A DNA stretch of 64,000 bases from positions 966 through 64,965 of the forward strand of contig JAEYQM010000086.1 in NCBI GenBank assembly GCA_023410025.1. The letters run 5' to 3'. Every line of letters starts with the position of its first letter. The stretch's first letter is position 1. The stretch comes from Bacillota bacterium (GTDB lineage Bacteria; Bacillota_I; Bacilli_A; ML615J-28; CAG-698). The position numbers were made by a program, and so were the translations under genes. The notes beneath the pieces were generated by a model, which was not told the origin of the DNA, did no database searches, and saw only the letters and a list, made by a program, of their open reading frames with translations. Positions 1 through 11,052 of the stretch are shown piece by piece.

Positions 1-1
1 A

Positions 2-553
2 TTATTAAATATCTTAACAAATACTTTGATTGATGAAGCAAAAGTAATTATTAAGAAAAGAACAGGGTTTGTAGACATGTTAAATGAAATATTAAAGGTA
101 AAGCATTACCAAATATCATCTGGAACTGAAGAAGTCCAAATTGTGTATAAACCAAAGAATAATGTGGAAAACTTGTTGAAAGTTTCTAAAGAAAGACATT
201 CTTTTGATATTATTAACAAGACCACAACATGGGGACCATCAAGAGATGACTTTTCTTTTTATATGAATGGTCAAGATGCATCTACTTACTGCTCTCAAGG
301 GCAAATTAGAAGTATTTGCTTGTCCTTAAAACTAGCTTTAGTTGATTTGATTGAAAAATATAATGAAAAAATCATAGTTGTGCTTGATGATGTGTTCAGT
401 GAACTAGATGTTGTGAGACAAAACAAGTTATTAAATATGCTTTCTAACGAAAAACAGACTTTTATAACAACAACATCAATTGAAGCATTAACCGATGATG
501 TTAAAAGAGATAGCAATTTGATAGAAATAATAGGAGGAAAGACGAATGAGTGA
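2..553 (+). CDS. recF: DNA replication/repair protein RecF, 5'-truncated by window edge (C-terminal ~180 aa present)
   Basis: Open frame from nt 2 with no upstream stop. C-terminal region has RecF/SMC-like signature ([30 protein letters not shown] Walker B/D-loop). Stop overlaps gyrB start; canonical recF-gyrB-gyrA synteny. Confidence 0.85.
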   Translation, partial: LLNILTNTLIDEAKVIIKKRTGFVDMLNEILKVKHYQISSGTEEVQIVYKPKNNVENLLKVSKERHSFDIINKTTTWGPSRDDFSFYMNGQDASTYCSQGQIRSICLSLKLALVDLIEKYNEKIIVVLDDVFSELDVVRQNKLLNMLSNEKQTFITTTSIEALTDDVKRDSNLIEIIGGKTNE

Positions 554-2510
554 GTTTGATGATGGAAAATTAATAGATAAAGATAATGATAAGGCCGTTA
601 AAGACCAAGGTAAATATGATGCTTCCAACATCACACTACTAGAAGGGCTTGAAGCTGTACGTAAAAGACCTGGTATGTACATCGGGTCAACAGGTTCTAG
701 AGGATTACACCATCTAGTATGGGAAATTGTAGATAACGCAATAGATGAAGCACTTGCTGGGTACTGTAATCACATTGAAGTAGAAATATTACCAGATAAT
801 TATATATGTGTTACAGATAATGGACGTGGTATCCCTGTCGGAATCCATAAGAAAACAGGTGAATCAGCTGCTGAAGCAGTATTTACAATCCTTCATGCCG
901 GAGGAAAGTTCGACTCTAACTCTTATAAAGTATCTGGGGGTCTACATGGTGTAGGTGCCTCTGTAGTTAATGCACTAAGTGAATATCTAAGAGTAGAAAT
1001 TCACCAAAATGGAAAGAAGTATGAACAAGAATTTAATCGAGGAACACGTCAATATAAGTTAAGAGAAATTGGTGAAACTGAAGATCACGGTACTAGAGTA
1101 AAATTTAAAGCAGATATTGAGATATTTAAAGAAGGTATAGCTTACGATTACGAAACATTAAGAGTAAGGTTACAACAATCAGCATTCTTAAATAGAGGTT
1201 TAAGAATGACATTAACCGATAGTAGAAATCCTGAAGCCCCTAAGAATGTATCATATTGCTATAATGGTGGTATTATCGAGTATGTAAGCTACTTAAATAA
1301 GGTAAAAACTCCAATTCACTCTAATGTTTGTTATGTAAGTGGAACTTTAGAAGATATTGAAGTTGAAATTGCCTTCCAATATACTGAAGATTATACAAGC
1401 AACATCTATTCGTTTATCAATAATATTTATACTCCTGAAGGTGGAACACATGAAGAAGGTTTTAGAACCAGTCTTACAAGAGTTTTAAATACATATGGTA
1501 AAGCAAATAACTTATTTAAGAAAGATGAAAGCTTTAGTGGGGATGACGTACGTGAAGGTTTAACTTCAATTATTAGTGTTAGACACCCAGACCCTCAATT
1601 TGAAGGACAAACAAAAGCCAAATTAGGTAATACAGAAGTAAGAAGAATTGTATCACAAATTTTCTCAGATGGTTTAGATAATTATTTAAAAGAAAATCCA
1701 CAATCTGCTAAGAACATTATTGAAAAAGCTGTCCTTGCTAGCCGTGCTAGACTTGCTGCAAAGAAAGCAAGAGAAGCAACAAGAAGAAAAAACCCACTTG
1801 AATCACTTGGGTTCGCATCAAAACTTGCAGATTGCCGTTCAAAAGATCCTTCAAGAAGTGAAATATACATAGTCGAAGGGGATTCTGCCGGAGGAAGTGC
1901 AAAACAAGGAAGAAACAGTGAGTTTCAAGCAATTTTACCTCTTCGTGGTAAAGTATTAAATGTTGAAAAAGCTAGACTTGATAAAGCCCTAGCAAATAAA
2001 GAAATTATTTCAATGATCCAAGCGTTTGGAACAGGTGTAGGTGAAGAATTTAATATTAATTCAGCAAGATATCATAAAATCGTCATTATGACCGATGCGG
2101 ATGTCGATGGAGCACATATTAGAACACTATTATTAACTTTCTTATATAGATTCTTAAGACCTATTATAGAAAAAGGTTATGTATATATTGCCCAACCACC
2201 TCTATACAAGGTTTCTCAGAATAAGAGAGTTGAATATGCTTATACGGATGAACAGTTACAAAAAATATTAGAAACATTTCCAAAAACAAGTAAACCAGTA
2301 TTACAAAGATATAAAGGGTTAGGGGAAATGAATCCAGAACAATTATGGGAAACAACAATGGACCCTTCTAGAAGAACTTTATTACAAGTAACATTAGATG
2401 ATGCAATTGAAGCAGATACAGTGTTCAGTATGTTAATGGGTGATGATGTTGAACCTAGACGTGAATTTATTGAAGAAAATGCAGTATATGTTGAAAATCT
2501 AGATATTTAG
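546..2510 (+). CDS. gyrB: DNA gyrase subunit B
   Basis: 654 aa. GHKL ATPase motifs ([29 protein letters not shown]), TOPRIM ([13 protein letters not shown]), [12 protein letters not shown] and C-terminal tail typical of GyrB. Confidence 0.97.
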   Translation: MSEFDDGKLIDKDNDKAVKDQGKYDASNITLLEGLEAVRKRPGMYIGSTGSRGLHHLVWEIVDNAIDEALAGYCNHIEVEILPDNYICVTDNGRGIPVGIHKKTGESAAEAVFTILHAGGKFDSNSYKVSGGLHGVGASVVNALSEYLRVEIHQNGKKYEQEFNRGTRQYKLREIGETEDHGTRVKFKADIEIFKEGIAYDYETLRVRLQQSAFLNRGLRMTLTDSRNPEAPKNVSYCYNGGIIEYVSYLNKVKTPIHSNVCYVSGTLEDIEVEIAFQYTEDYTSNIYSFINNIYTPEGGTHEEGFRTSLTRVLNTYGKANNLFKKDESFSGDDVREGLTSIISVRHPDPQFEGQTKAKLGNTEVRRIVSQIFSDGLDNYLKENPQSAKNIIEKAVLASRARLAAKKAREATRRKNPLESLGFASKLADCRSKDPSRSEIYIVEGDSAGGSAKQGRNSEFQAILPLRGKVLNVEKARLDKALANKEIISMIQAFGTGVGEEFNINSARYHKIVIMTDADVDGAHIRTLLLTFLYRFLRPIIEKGYVYIAQPPLYKVSQNKRVEYAYTDEQLQKILETFPKTSKPVLQRYKGLGEMNPEQLWETTMDPSRRTLLQVTLDDAIEADTVFSMLMGDDVEPRREFIEENAVYVENLDI

Positions 2511-2521
2511 GCGGTGAAATT

Positions 2522-5092
2522 TTGATAGACAATAAAGATGATATTGAATTAAAGGTAAATGAAGAACAACCAATACAACCTCAAACAGATAGAGTAAAAG
2601 AAGTTGACTTAGCAAAGGAAATGAAAACATCCTTCTTAAGTTATGCGATGAGTGTTATTGTTGCTCGTGCTTTACCAGATGTTCGAGATGGTATGAAACC
2701 AGTTCATCGCCGTATCATGTATGGTATGAATGAATTAGGGGTATATGCTGATAAGGCATATAAGAAATCTGCCAGAATTGTTGGGGAAGTAATGGGTAAA
2801 TTCCACCCACATGGTGATAGTGCAATCTATGACTCTATGGTAAGAATGGCCCAAGACTTCAGTTATAGATATCCATTAGTTGATGGACATGGTAACTTTG
2901 GATCAATTGATGGTGATGGTGCAGCAGCAATGCGTTATACTGAAGCAAGAATGAGTAAGATTGCCATGGAATTACTAAAAGACATTGGTAAAAATACAGT
3001 TGATTTTGGTGATAACTATGATGGTAGTGAACGTGAACCATTAGTATTACCTTGTAAGTTTCCAAATATATTAGTAAATGGTGCTACAGGTATAGCTGTA
3101 GGTATGGCAACAAATATTCCTCCACATAATATTGTAGAGGTTATTGATGGATTACTTGCCTTAACAAAAAATCCTGATATATCAATTGAAAAGTTAATGA
3201 CTTTCATAAAAGGCCCTGACTTCCCAACTGGTGGACTTGTAATGGGATTATCACAATTAAGAAAAGCATATCTTACAGGTAATGGAGCAATTACTGTTAG
3301 AGCTAAATGTGAAACAAAAGAACTTGAAAATGGTAAATATGAAATTATAGTTACAGAGATACCATATCAAGTTAATAAGACAAGGTTAATCGAAAGAATT
3401 GCTGAAACTGCAAAGAATAAAATCATTGAAGGTATTACAGATTTAAGAGATGAATCGAATAGAGAAGGTATTAAGATTGTTATAGAATTAAGAAGAGATG
3501 TTAATCCTAATGTTATTTTAAATAATCTATACAAACATACACAAATGCAAACAACATTTGGTATTAATATGCTAGCTCTAGTAAGAGGAGTACCAAAAGT
3601 CTTAAATATCAAAGAAGTACTTGAATATTACTTAGAACACCAAATTGAAGTAATTACAAGAAGAACAAAATTTGATTTAGAAAAAGCAGAAGCAAGAGCT
3701 CATGTGTTAGAAGGTTTATTAATTGCATTAGGTAATATTGATGCTGTAATCCAATTAATTAAAAAATCACAAACAACTGATGATGCAGTTGAAGGATTAA
3801 TGAAAACTTTTGGCTTAACAGAAATTCAATCTAAAGCAATTCTAGATATGAAATTACAAAGACTTACTGGTCTTGAAATTGATAAGATTAAAGAAGAAAT
3901 GGCAACACTTAAGAAATTTATTCAAGAGTGTAAAGAAATTTTAAAGAGCCATGATAAAAAATTAGGTATAATTATTAATGAATTACAAGAAACTAAAGAA
4001 AAGTTCGGAGATGAAAGAAGAACTGAAATTAGTTTAAGTGAAGAATTAGATATCGAAGATGAAGATTTAATACCAGTTGAAGATGTAATTATTACAATTA
4101 CTTCAAAAGGTTATGTAAAGAGAATGACAGTTGATACATATAAAGCTCAAAATCGTGGAGGTAAAGGAATAACTGGTGCTAAGATGACTGATGATGACTA
4201 TATCTGCCGTATGATTTATGCATCAAGTCATGATAATCTTCTATTCTTTAGTAATTTTGGTAAAGTATATCAATTGAGAGCATTTCAAATTCCATATGCA
4301 TCAAGAACTGCGAAAGGTCTTCCTATTGTAAATTTATTAAATTTTGAAGAAAACGAAAAATTATCAGCAGTATTAAATATTGATAAAGATCAAAGTAAGG
4401 ATGGATTCTTAATATTTGCCACTCGTAAGGGTATAATTAAGAAAACAGAAATATCAGCGTTCCAAAACATAAGAACAAATGGAATTAAAGCATTATTGCT
4501 AAATGATGGTGATGAATTATTTGATGTTGGATTAACAGATGGTGAAAAAGATATTATCATGGGTGCATCAAATGGTAAATCAATTAGATTTAGTGAAAGT
4601 GACATTAGACCAATGGGGCGTATATCTGCAGGTGTACGAGCAATTAAAGTAGAAGGTGAAGATAAAGTTGTCGGAATGGCAATCATCAACACTGATGCAG
4701 ATGAAATAATTATTGTAACTGAAAAAGGTTATGGTAAACGTACAAATGTTGAAGAGTTTAGAGTTCAAGTTCGTGGCGGTAAAGGTGTAAAAGCCTTAAA
4801 TATGACTGAAAAGAATGGAAAACTTGTAGCCTTAACTACCGTATTAGGTGATGAAGACTTAATTGTAATTACCGATAAGGGAATGATTATTCGTACACAT
4901 CTTGATCAAATATTAACTATTGGTCGCGATACACAAGGAGTTAAGTTAATTAACCTAAACGATGGTCATTTGGTTGCAAATATTGCAATAGTTCCTAGAA
5001 GTAATGATGAAGAAGAATTAGATGATTTAGAAGTTCAAGAAGAATTTCAATTAGACTTAGATTATGAATTTTTGGACGAAACAGATGAATAA
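2522..5092 (+). CDS. gyrA: DNA gyrase subunit A (TTG start)
   Basis: 856 aa. Quinolone-resistance-determining-region-like [10 protein letters not shown], active-site AAMRYTE, C-terminal beta-pinwheel repeats and acidic tail. Follows gyrB. Confidence 0.97.
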   Translation: MIDNKDDIELKVNEEQPIQPQTDRVKEVDLAKEMKTSFLSYAMSVIVARALPDVRDGMKPVHRRIMYGMNELGVYADKAYKKSARIVGEVMGKFHPHGDSAIYDSMVRMAQDFSYRYPLVDGHGNFGSIDGDGAAAMRYTEARMSKIAMELLKDIGKNTVDFGDNYDGSEREPLVLPCKFPNILVNGATGIAVGMATNIPPHNIVEVIDGLLALTKNPDISIEKLMTFIKGPDFPTGGLVMGLSQLRKAYLTGNGAITVRAKCETKELENGKYEIIVTEIPYQVNKTRLIERIAETAKNKIIEGITDLRDESNREGIKIVIELRRDVNPNVILNNLYKHTQMQTTFGINMLALVRGVPKVLNIKEVLEYYLEHQIEVITRRTKFDLEKAEARAHVLEGLLIALGNIDAVIQLIKKSQTTDDAVEGLMKTFGLTEIQSKAILDMKLQRLTGLEIDKIKEEMATLKKFIQECKEILKSHDKKLGIIINELQETKEKFGDERRTEISLSEELDIEDEDLIPVEDVIITITSKGYVKRMTVDTYKAQNRGGKGITGAKMTDDDYICRMIYASSHDNLLFFSNFGKVYQLRAFQIPYASRTAKGLPIVNLLNFEENEKLSAVLNIDKDQSKDGFLIFATRKGIIKKTEISAFQNIRTNGIKALLLNDGDELFDVGLTDGEKDIIMGASNGKSIRFSESDIRPMGRISAGVRAIKVEGEDKVVGMAIINTDADEIIIVTEKGYGKRTNVEEFRVQVRGGKGVKALNMTEKNGKLVALTTVLGDEDLIVITDKGMIIRTHLDQILTIGRDTQGVKLINLNDGHLVANIAIVPRSNDEEELDDLEVQEEFQLDLDYEFLDETDE

Positions 5093-5109
5093 ATAACCTT
5101 TGATTAGAA

Positions 5110-5305
5110 TCAGTAAAAAAGAATAACATTTACAGAGAATTAGTGGTTGGTGAAAACTAATATGTTACTTTTTGAATCTCTCTATGAGGTAAAACTGCAA
5201 AACAGTTTTCGGTAATAGCCGTTATCTATAAAAGTGAGATTACATATCTAACTAGGGTGGTACCGCGGAACAAATTTCGTCCCTTTTTTTAGGGGCGATT
5301 TTTGC
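5110..5305 (+). promoter_or_regulatory. T-box riboswitch leader of serS with intrinsic terminator
   Basis: Conserved T-box sequence AACTAGGGTGGTACCGCGG at 5251-5269. GA/K-turn-like AGAGA in the stem I region. Terminator hairpin TTCGTCCC-TTTTTTT-AGGGGCGA followed by TTTTT at 5276-5305. Immediately upstream of serS. Confidence 0.8.
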
Positions 5306-5337
5306 GTATATAATACAAATAAAGGAGAATATTTATT

Positions 5338-6612
5338 ATGATTGATATTAAATTAATAAGAGAAAATGTTGATGATGTTATAGGAAGATTAAATAAAAGA
5401 GGAAAAGACTTTTCTTATTTAAAAGAGATAATTAAATATGATGAAGAAAGAAGAAAAATCCTTGTTAGGGTGGAAGAATTAAAAAACATCCGAAATGAAA
5501 AAAGTAAACTAATTGGTGTTTTAAAAAGAGAAAAGAAAGATGCAACCGAAGTACTAGCAAGTGTAAGTACAATAGGTGATGAAATTGCTGAATTAGATAA
5601 ACAAGTTGCTGAATTTGAAAATAAAATTAACAACATTTTATTATCAACACCAAATCTATTACATGAATCAGTTCCATATGGAAAAGATGAAAAAGATAAT
5701 GTTGAAATAAGAAAGTTTATGGAACCAACTAAATTTAATTTTGAACCAAAAGCCCATTATGAAATTGGTGAAAAATTAGATATCTTAGACTTTGATCGTG
5801 CTGCAAAGATTACTGGAAGTAGATTTGTTGTATATAAAGGATTGGGTGCAAGATTAGAAAGGGCATTAATAGCTTTCATGATGGACTTACATGCTAAAAA
5901 GGGATATACAGAAATCATTCCTCCATATATTGTTAATAGAGCAAGTATGACAGCAACTGGTCAACTTCCAAAATTTGAAGAAGATGCATTTAAATTAGTT
6001 AATGGAAATGGAGACTGGTTCTTGAATCCAACTGCTGAAGTTCCAACAATTAATATGTATCGTGATGAAGTAATTGATTTTGATAAATTACCATTAAAAT
6101 ATTGTAGTTATACAATGGCATTTAGAAGTGAAGCAGGAAGTGCTGGTAGGGATACTAGAGGATTAATTAGAACACATCAATTTAATAAAGTTGAATTAAT
6201 TAAATTTGCTTCAGCAGATAATTCATATGAAGAATTAGAAAAAATGTTACTTGACTCTGAAGAGGTATTAAAATTATTAAAACTTCCATATCATGTAATC
6301 TCATTATGTAGTGGAGATATGGGATTTGGAATGGCAAAAACATATGATATTGAAGTATGGCTACCATCTCAAAAAACATATCGTGAAATTGGTAGTATAA
6401 GTAATGCAGAAGACTATCAAGCAAGAAGAGGAAATATTAGAACTAGACGTACAAAAGACTCTAAATTAGAGTTTGTACATACATTAAATGGCTCAGGACT
6501 TGCGGTAGGTAGAACACTTGTTGCAATATTAGAAAACTATCAAAATGAAGATGGAACAGTTACAGTTCCAGAAGTATTAATCCCATATATGGGTGTAGAA
6601 GTTATTAAATAG
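5338..6612 (+). CDS. serS: Serine--tRNA ligase
   Basis: 424 aa. N-terminal coiled-coil tRNA-binding arm and class II aaRS core motifs ([40 protein letters not shown]). RBS AAGGAG upstream. Confidence 0.95.
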   Translation: MIDIKLIRENVDDVIGRLNKRGKDFSYLKEIIKYDEERRKILVRVEELKNIRNEKSKLIGVLKREKKDATEVLASVSTIGDEIAELDKQVAEFENKINNILLSTPNLLHESVPYGKDEKDNVEIRKFMEPTKFNFEPKAHYEIGEKLDILDFDRAAKITGSRFVVYKGLGARLERALIAFMMDLHAKKGYTEIIPPYIVNRASMTATGQLPKFEEDAFKLVNGNGDWFLNPTAEVPTINMYRDEVIDFDKLPLKYCSYTMAFRSEAGSAGRDTRGLIRTHQFNKVELIKFASADNSYEELEKMLLDSEEVLKLLKLPYHVISLCSGDMGFGMAKTYDIEVWLPSQKTYREIGSISNAEDYQARRGNIRTRRTKDSKLEFVHTLNGSGLAVGRTLVAILENYQNEDGTVTVPEVLIPYMGVEVIK

Positions 6613-6621
6613 GAGGAAGAA

Positions 6622-8067
6622 ATGGAAATTCTAAAAAAAGGTTGCTTATGCACAGAAAACCCAATTGTTGTAGGTTTATTTAAAGGTGAAACAAAAGTAA
6701 ATGTAATAGAAAAACTTGATAAAAATATAGAATTATTATTAAATGATAATTTAATCAAAACTGAACTTGGAGAAGTTAATAAAATATATACTTTTGGAAT
6801 AATTGAAAGTAAAGAAGTGTATGTAATTGGTTTAGGTGAAAAACAAAATTATTCAATTAAAAATCTTGAAAAGGTAGCAAGAAAAATCACTAAAAAATTA
6901 GGTGAAAAAGTAACAATTTTAGTTGATACTTTTATCAATGATTTAGAGAAAAAAGAAGCATTAAAAACATTATTATTAACAGTTGATTACTATGATTATA
7001 ACTATGATGAATGTAAGAGCAAAAAAGATGAAAAAACATTTGAAATTAGTATAGTTTCTAAAGATGATTTTTCAAATGAAATCGAAGAATTTTATAATGT
7101 TGCAAATGCAATTAGCAACACAAGAGATCTAGTAAATAAACCTTATAATTACTTAAATGCAAATGACTTAGCAGTTTATGCACAAGAATTAGTTAAATCA
7201 TTAGATAGTGATTTAGTAAACATCAAAGTATTGGAAAAAGATGAAATTGAAGCTTTAGGAATGAATGCATTCTTAGGTGTAAATAAAGGGTCAACAGATG
7301 AACCAAAATTAATTCATATTACATATAAAGGTAAAGATGATTTTACAGATCCAATTGCCTTAATTGGTAAAGGTGTTATGTTTGATACTGGTGGATATAG
7401 CATCAAACAAACAATGAATAATATGAAAGATGATATGGGTGGAGCAGCAACTGTCCTTGGAGTATTAGAAGCTGCAGTTAAGAATAAATTAAAAGTTAAT
7501 CTACAAATCGTAATTTGTGCAACAGACAACCGCATTAGTGGTAATGCATACTTACCAGATGATGTATTAACAGCAATGAATAAGAAAACAATTGAAATTG
7601 TCTCTACAGATGCTGAAGGAAGATTAACATTAGCTGATGCATTATGCTATGCACAAAAGAATGGAAGTAAGAAATTAATTGACCTTGCAACATTAACTGG
7701 TGCAGTTGTTGTTGCCTTAGGTGAATATACAACTGGTATTTTTGGAAATAATAAAAAAATGGTTCAACAAATTATTGAATGTGGTGATAAGGAACTTGAA
7801 GAAGTTTGGGAATTACCAATTAATGATAATATTCGTGAAAAAGTACGTGGATCAAAAGTTGCTGACTTAACTAACTCAACAGGAAGATATATGGGTGCAT
7901 CAGGAGCCGCTGCATTCTTAGAAGAATTCGTTGAAGAAGGAAGCGACTGGGTACACTTAGATATAGCAGGAACATCATTTAGAACTGCTCCATCATATGG
8001 TGAATTCTATGGTGCTTCAGGTGTAATGATTAAAACATTATATAATTATTTAAAAAATTTAAATTAG
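6622..8067 (+). CDS. pepA: Leucyl/cytosol aminopeptidase, M17 family
   Basis: 481 aa. M17 signature NTDAEGRL (VSTDAEGRLTLADA) and metal-binding region GKGVMFDTGGYSIK. RBS AGGAGG. Confidence 0.9.
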   Translation: MEILKKGCLCTENPIVVGLFKGETKVNVIEKLDKNIELLLNDNLIKTELGEVNKIYTFGIIESKEVYVIGLGEKQNYSIKNLEKVARKITKKLGEKVTILVDTFINDLEKKEALKTLLLTVDYYDYNYDECKSKKDEKTFEISIVSKDDFSNEIEEFYNVANAISNTRDLVNKPYNYLNANDLAVYAQELVKSLDSDLVNIKVLEKDEIEALGMNAFLGVNKGSTDEPKLIHITYKGKDDFTDPIALIGKGVMFDTGGYSIKQTMNNMKDDMGGAATVLGVLEAAVKNKLKVNLQIVICATDNRISGNAYLPDDVLTAMNKKTIEIVSTDAEGRLTLADALCYAQKNGSKKLIDLATLTGAVVVALGEYTTGIFGNNKKMVQQIIECGDKELEEVWELPINDNIREKVRGSKVADLTNSTGRYMGASGAAAFLEEFVEEGSDWVHLDIAGTSFRTAPSYGEFYGASGVMIKTLYNYLKNLN

Positions 8068-8089
8068 TTAAATAAAAAGGGGGTTTAAT

Positions 8090-9478
8090 ATGCGTGAAAT
8101 ATTTATAATTAGTTCAGCAATAATACTATTATTTGTAATATTAATAGTTATTAGCATTATCAAAACCCTATTTATTAAAAATAAAAAAACTAGAATTTTA
8201 AATATAGAAAAAGTAAATAATGATAGATCTGACTTTTATTCACAAAGATTATTAGAACTTATCCAAATTAAAACAACTAGTTATGAAGAAGGTGAAGTAT
8301 ATCATATCTTTCGAGAAAAGATAAAGGAACAGTTTCCTCTAATTCATAAAAATTTTATAAAAGAAAAAATAGGACCAAATGCAATCTTTACATACAATGG
8401 GAACAATAGTACTAATAAATTACTAATTGTAACTCACATTGACACACTAAAAAAAGACAGTGTAGCTAAAATAGAAAATGATGAAATATATGGACCAGGA
8501 ACTTTTGATTCAAAAGCTTTATTGTTTACTGTGATGCAAGCAATTGAAGAACTACTTCAAGAAAAAAAAGATATTAATTTTAACCTTACATTTATGATAA
8601 CTGTTGATGATACAACCACAAAATCAGGAAATGAAAAAGTTGTTGATAAATTCTTACGCCAAGGTACTTTCTTTAAATTAGTTTTAGAGGAGGGAATTGG
8701 AATAATTGAACCAACATATCTAAATATGAAAAGCCACTATGCCTTATTAGGCATAGGGGTTACTGGAGAAGTTAAAATAAGATATAAAATTAATAAAAGT
8801 CGTAGTAAAAATGAATTAATTAATTTTGTTGAAGATATAAGAGTCAATAAAATATTTAAATCAGAAATAGATAAAAACTCATTTAGGGTTTTATCAGAAT
8901 TCTCGAAAGATATGCCATTTTTAAAACGATTATTGTTTGGAAATATTTGGTTATATAAATATTTTGTAAAAAGAATAGTTAATAATAATGTAGAATTTAG
9001 ATTAGCTAAATTATTACGAACATATATTATTTATAATCCAGTATTTGAAGATGAAGATTCGTATTATGTTGATTTTACATTTGAACTTGCTTCCCATGAT
9101 ACAACAGCTGAAATAATTGGTTTAATGAATCCATATGTAATTAAGCACAATGTAAATTTTGAAATTAAAAGTTTAAAAGATCCATCAAAAGTAACAGACA
9201 TAAAGCAATTAGGTTATAAGATTGTTGAAGATACAGTTAAAAAAACATATGATTCGGTATATTCATCACCTTATATAATTACTAAGATTTCCGAACAAAG
9301 AAACCTATCAAGAGTTAGTGATTGTGTTGTTAGATTTTCACCATTATATTATTCAAAAAAAGCATTACTTGATGCTGAAGTTGGAGAAGATCATGTTATG
9401 AAAAAAAGTATTACGCTTGGTGTCGATTTTTATAAAAACCTAATTCAAGATTTCAACATGAAATATAAAAACAAATAA
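8090..9478 (+). CDS. Membrane-anchored M20-family metallopeptidase-like protein
   Basis: 462 aa. N-terminal transmembrane helix. M20-like motifs: THIDT (HxD), GPGTFDSKA (Gly-x-x-Asp metal site), LEEGIG (catalytic/metal Glu-Glu). Family assignment from motifs only. Confidence 0.5.
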   Translation: MREIFIISSAIILLFVILIVISIIKTLFIKNKKTRILNIEKVNNDRSDFYSQRLLELIQIKTTSYEEGEVYHIFREKIKEQFPLIHKNFIKEKIGPNAIFTYNGNNSTNKLLIVTHIDTLKKDSVAKIENDEIYGPGTFDSKALLFTVMQAIEELLQEKKDINFNLTFMITVDDTTTKSGNEKVVDKFLRQGTFFKLVLEEGIGIIEPTYLNMKSHYALLGIGVTGEVKIRYKINKSRSKNELINFVEDIRVNKIFKSEIDKNSFRVLSEFSKDMPFLKRLLFGNIWLYKYFVKRIVNNNVEFRLAKLLRTYIIYNPVFEDEDSYYVDFTFELASHDTTAEIIGLMNPYVIKHNVNFEIKSLKDPSKVTDIKQLGYKIVEDTVKKTYDSVYSSPYIITKISEQRNLSRVSDCVVRFSPLYYSKKALLDAEVGEDHVMKKSITLGVDFYKNLIQDFNMKYKNK

Positions 9479-9503
9479 TTTAGAATAGTATTATATAACG
9501 TTT

Positions 9504-9593
9504 AAAAAAGCCTTAAATTTAACCTAGAATTTGTTTTTGATACTTGTCCAAGTATTTAAATTGACTCAAGGTGAAGTTGATTTAAGGCTTTTT
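9504..9593. terminator. Structured bidirectional terminator between convergent genes
   Basis: Perfect 14-bp inverted repeat AAAAAGCCTTAAAT (9505-9518) / ATTTAAGGCTTTTT (9580-9593) enclosing a 61-nt region with an inner hairpin ATACTTG..CAAGTAT. A-run on the left and T-run on the right. Confidence 0.5.
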
Positions 9594-9598
9594 ATTAT

Positions 9599-9991
9599 TT
9601 ATTGATTAATTTTTAAAAGTAATTCAGAAAATTCTTCTTTTGTTAATGTATTTGATTTAAAATTAATAGAAAAATTATCATTATTATATCTAGGAACAAT
9701 ATGAAAATGAAAGTGGTGAACAGTTTGTCCTGCAAGTTCCCCACAGTTGTTAATAATATTAAAATCTGTTATACCTAAAGTTTTACTAAGTTTTTTAGTA
9801 ACTAATGTTAAAATTCTAAAAATATCAGATTTTGGATCCATATCTAAAATATTACTATAATGATTTTTTGGAATAACTAAGGTATGTCCAATTGTAGCTT
9901 GAGAAATATCTAAGAAAGCTAAAAAGTTATTATCTTCATAAACCTTATATGATGGAATTTCATTATTAATTATCTTACAAAAAATACACAT
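9599..9991 (-). CDS. HIT (histidine triad) family nucleotide hydrolase
   Basis: 130 aa from the internal ATG at 9991 (MCIFCKIINNE...). Histidine triad HHFHFHIVPR. RBS AGGTGA 6 nt upstream. The longer track ORF (to 10390) runs through the divergent promoter and overlaps the + strand gene, so the short start is preferred. Confidence 0.85.
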   Translation of the reverse strand: MCIFCKIINNEIPSYKVYEDNNFLAFLDISQATIGHTLVIPKNHYSNILDMDPKSDIFRILTLVTKKLSKTLGITDFNIINNCGELAGQTVHHFHFHIVPRYNNDNFSINFKSNTLTKEEFSELLLKINQ

Positions 9992-10054
9992 TTTAATCAC
10001 CTCTATTAAATTATATATCAAAAAAGTAAAAATGTAAACTAGACTTTTTTGTCG

Positions 10055-10083
10055 TTGATATTTATACTTTCCTATGGTATAAT
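10055..10083 (+). promoter_or_regulatory. Sigma-A type promoter (TTGATA-17-TGgTATAAT)
   Basis: -35 TTGATA at 10055-10060, 17-nt spacer, extended -10 TGGTATAAT at 10075-10083. Upstream of the 10110 membrane-protein gene. Confidence 0.55.
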
Positions 10084-10109
10084 CAAAATATATAAAAGGG
10101 TATGGCGTT

Positions 10110-10613
10110 ATGAAAGACACAAAAAAAATTGTATTATTAGCGGTACTAACATCATTAGCTATAGTTTTAAGCCTTATTGATAAGGTAGTAACACCAATGG
10201 TTTTTCCATTCTTACCAACAGCGAAAATTGGTTTTGCTAATGTAATAGTAGTTTTAGTATTATACACATATAATTTTAAAGAAACATTAACACTTGTAAC
10301 TATAAAGATACTAATTGCAAATTTATTATTTGGTGGTATTACTTCTTTTATTATTGGTGGTAGTGCATCAATTACTAGTTTTCTTTCCATGTATGCAATA
10401 TATATAGTATTTAAAGATAAAGTCTCAGCAATTGGTATTAGTGCAGTTGGTGGTTTTGTTCATGTAATGGTACAACTTTTTGTTTCAAAATTCTATTATG
10501 GAATTAATGATGCAATTATGTATTATGGTTCTTTATTAATAGTTGTATCTTTAGTAAGTGGAGTAATAATTGGTTTTATTGGTAATAAACTAATAACTTA
10601 TTTAAAAATATAA
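10110..10613 (+). CDS. Small polytopic membrane protein, possibly Gx-transporter / heptaprenyl-diphosphate-synthase-component-I-like
   Basis: 167 aa, about 5 predicted transmembrane helices, Gly-rich helices (GGITSFIIGGSASITSF). Family guess from size and topology only. Confidence 0.4.
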   Translation: MKDTKKIVLLAVLTSLAIVLSLIDKVVTPMVFPFLPTAKIGFANVIVVLVLYTYNFKETLTLVTIKILIANLLFGGITSFIIGGSASITSFLSMYAIYIVFKDKVSAIGISAVGGFVHVMVQLFVSKFYYGINDAIMYYGSLLIVVSLVSGVIIGFIGNKLITYLKI

Positions 10614-10653
10614 AAAACTTGTCATTGCAATAAAATGCAAAGGCAAGTTTTTA
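10614..10653. terminator. Bidirectional intrinsic terminator
   Basis: AAAACTTG ... CAAGTTTT outer stem with inner TTGCA/TGCAA stem. Flanked by A-run and T-run. Lies between convergent gene ends. Confidence 0.55.
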
Positions 10654-10654
10654 T

Positions 10655-11044
10655 TTATTTTGCAAGTTTTCTAAATGGATAATCGTAATTAATTTCTTCA
10701 TCAAATGTAATGTAATCAAGGTAAATTGTAAGAAGTAAATAACGCATTTCTGAATTTAAATCTTTAAGAATAATATGGTCTTTTCCAGCAGCAAGTAATA
10801 CTCCTTTAAATATTTTTGATCCCCACTGACTATTCTCAAAATTCATATAAACACTAGCAACTTTTCCAATATTAAGCCTCAAAATGTTTTCAATATATGA
10901 TGATTCAGCTTGAGAGGCAATTTGTGCTAGCGGGTCAGTAATACCAGGTAACAATTGAGGCATCAATTGCGGAACCTGAGCAAGCATTTGTTGTTGACAT
11001 TGTGCAGGGTTATACCCCATATAATATGGTTGAAAATAATTCAT
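10655..11044 (-). CDS. gerQ: Spore coat protein GerQ
   Basis: Q/P-rich N-terminus and a conserved C-terminal GerQ-like block (YIENILRLNIGKVASVYMNFENSQWGSKIFKGVLLAAGKDHIILKD...YLDYITFDEEINY). Immediately downstream of cwlJ as in Bacillus. Start chosen at MNYFQ with RBS AGGAGG; the alternative start at 11062 overlaps cwlJ. Confidence 0.75.
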   Translation of the reverse strand: MNYFQPYYMGYNPAQCQQQMLAQVPQLMPQLLPGITDPLAQIASQAESSYIENILRLNIGKVASVYMNFENSQWGSKIFKGVLLAAGKDHIILKDLNSEMRYLLLTIYLDYITFDEEINYDYPFRKLAK

Positions 11045-11052
11045 AAATCCTC

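Noticed and set aside
295-682. Minus-strand ORFs (295-516, 488-682) inside and at the recF/gyrB junction, and many similar 60-100-aa antisense ORFs throughout the track (for example 1682-1932, 2859-3207, 4390-4768, 5415-5636, 19049-19470, 20817-21119, 22334-22811, 35652-35975, 40642-40851, 42000-42845, 45530-45766, 53156-53398, 56739-56936)
   Set aside because: All lie wholly within strongly supported conserved genes on the opposite strand or in another frame. They have low-complexity S/L/I/F-rich translations typical of antisense AT-rich sequence and no RBS. Treated as spurious.
9992-10390. N-terminal 133 codons of the track ORF 9599-10390 (minus strand)
   Set aside because: The HIT domain begins at the internal Met (MCIFCK) with a good RBS. 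The upstream extension has no similarity, crosses a strong + strand promoter and overlaps the 10110 gene. Shortened to 9599-9991.
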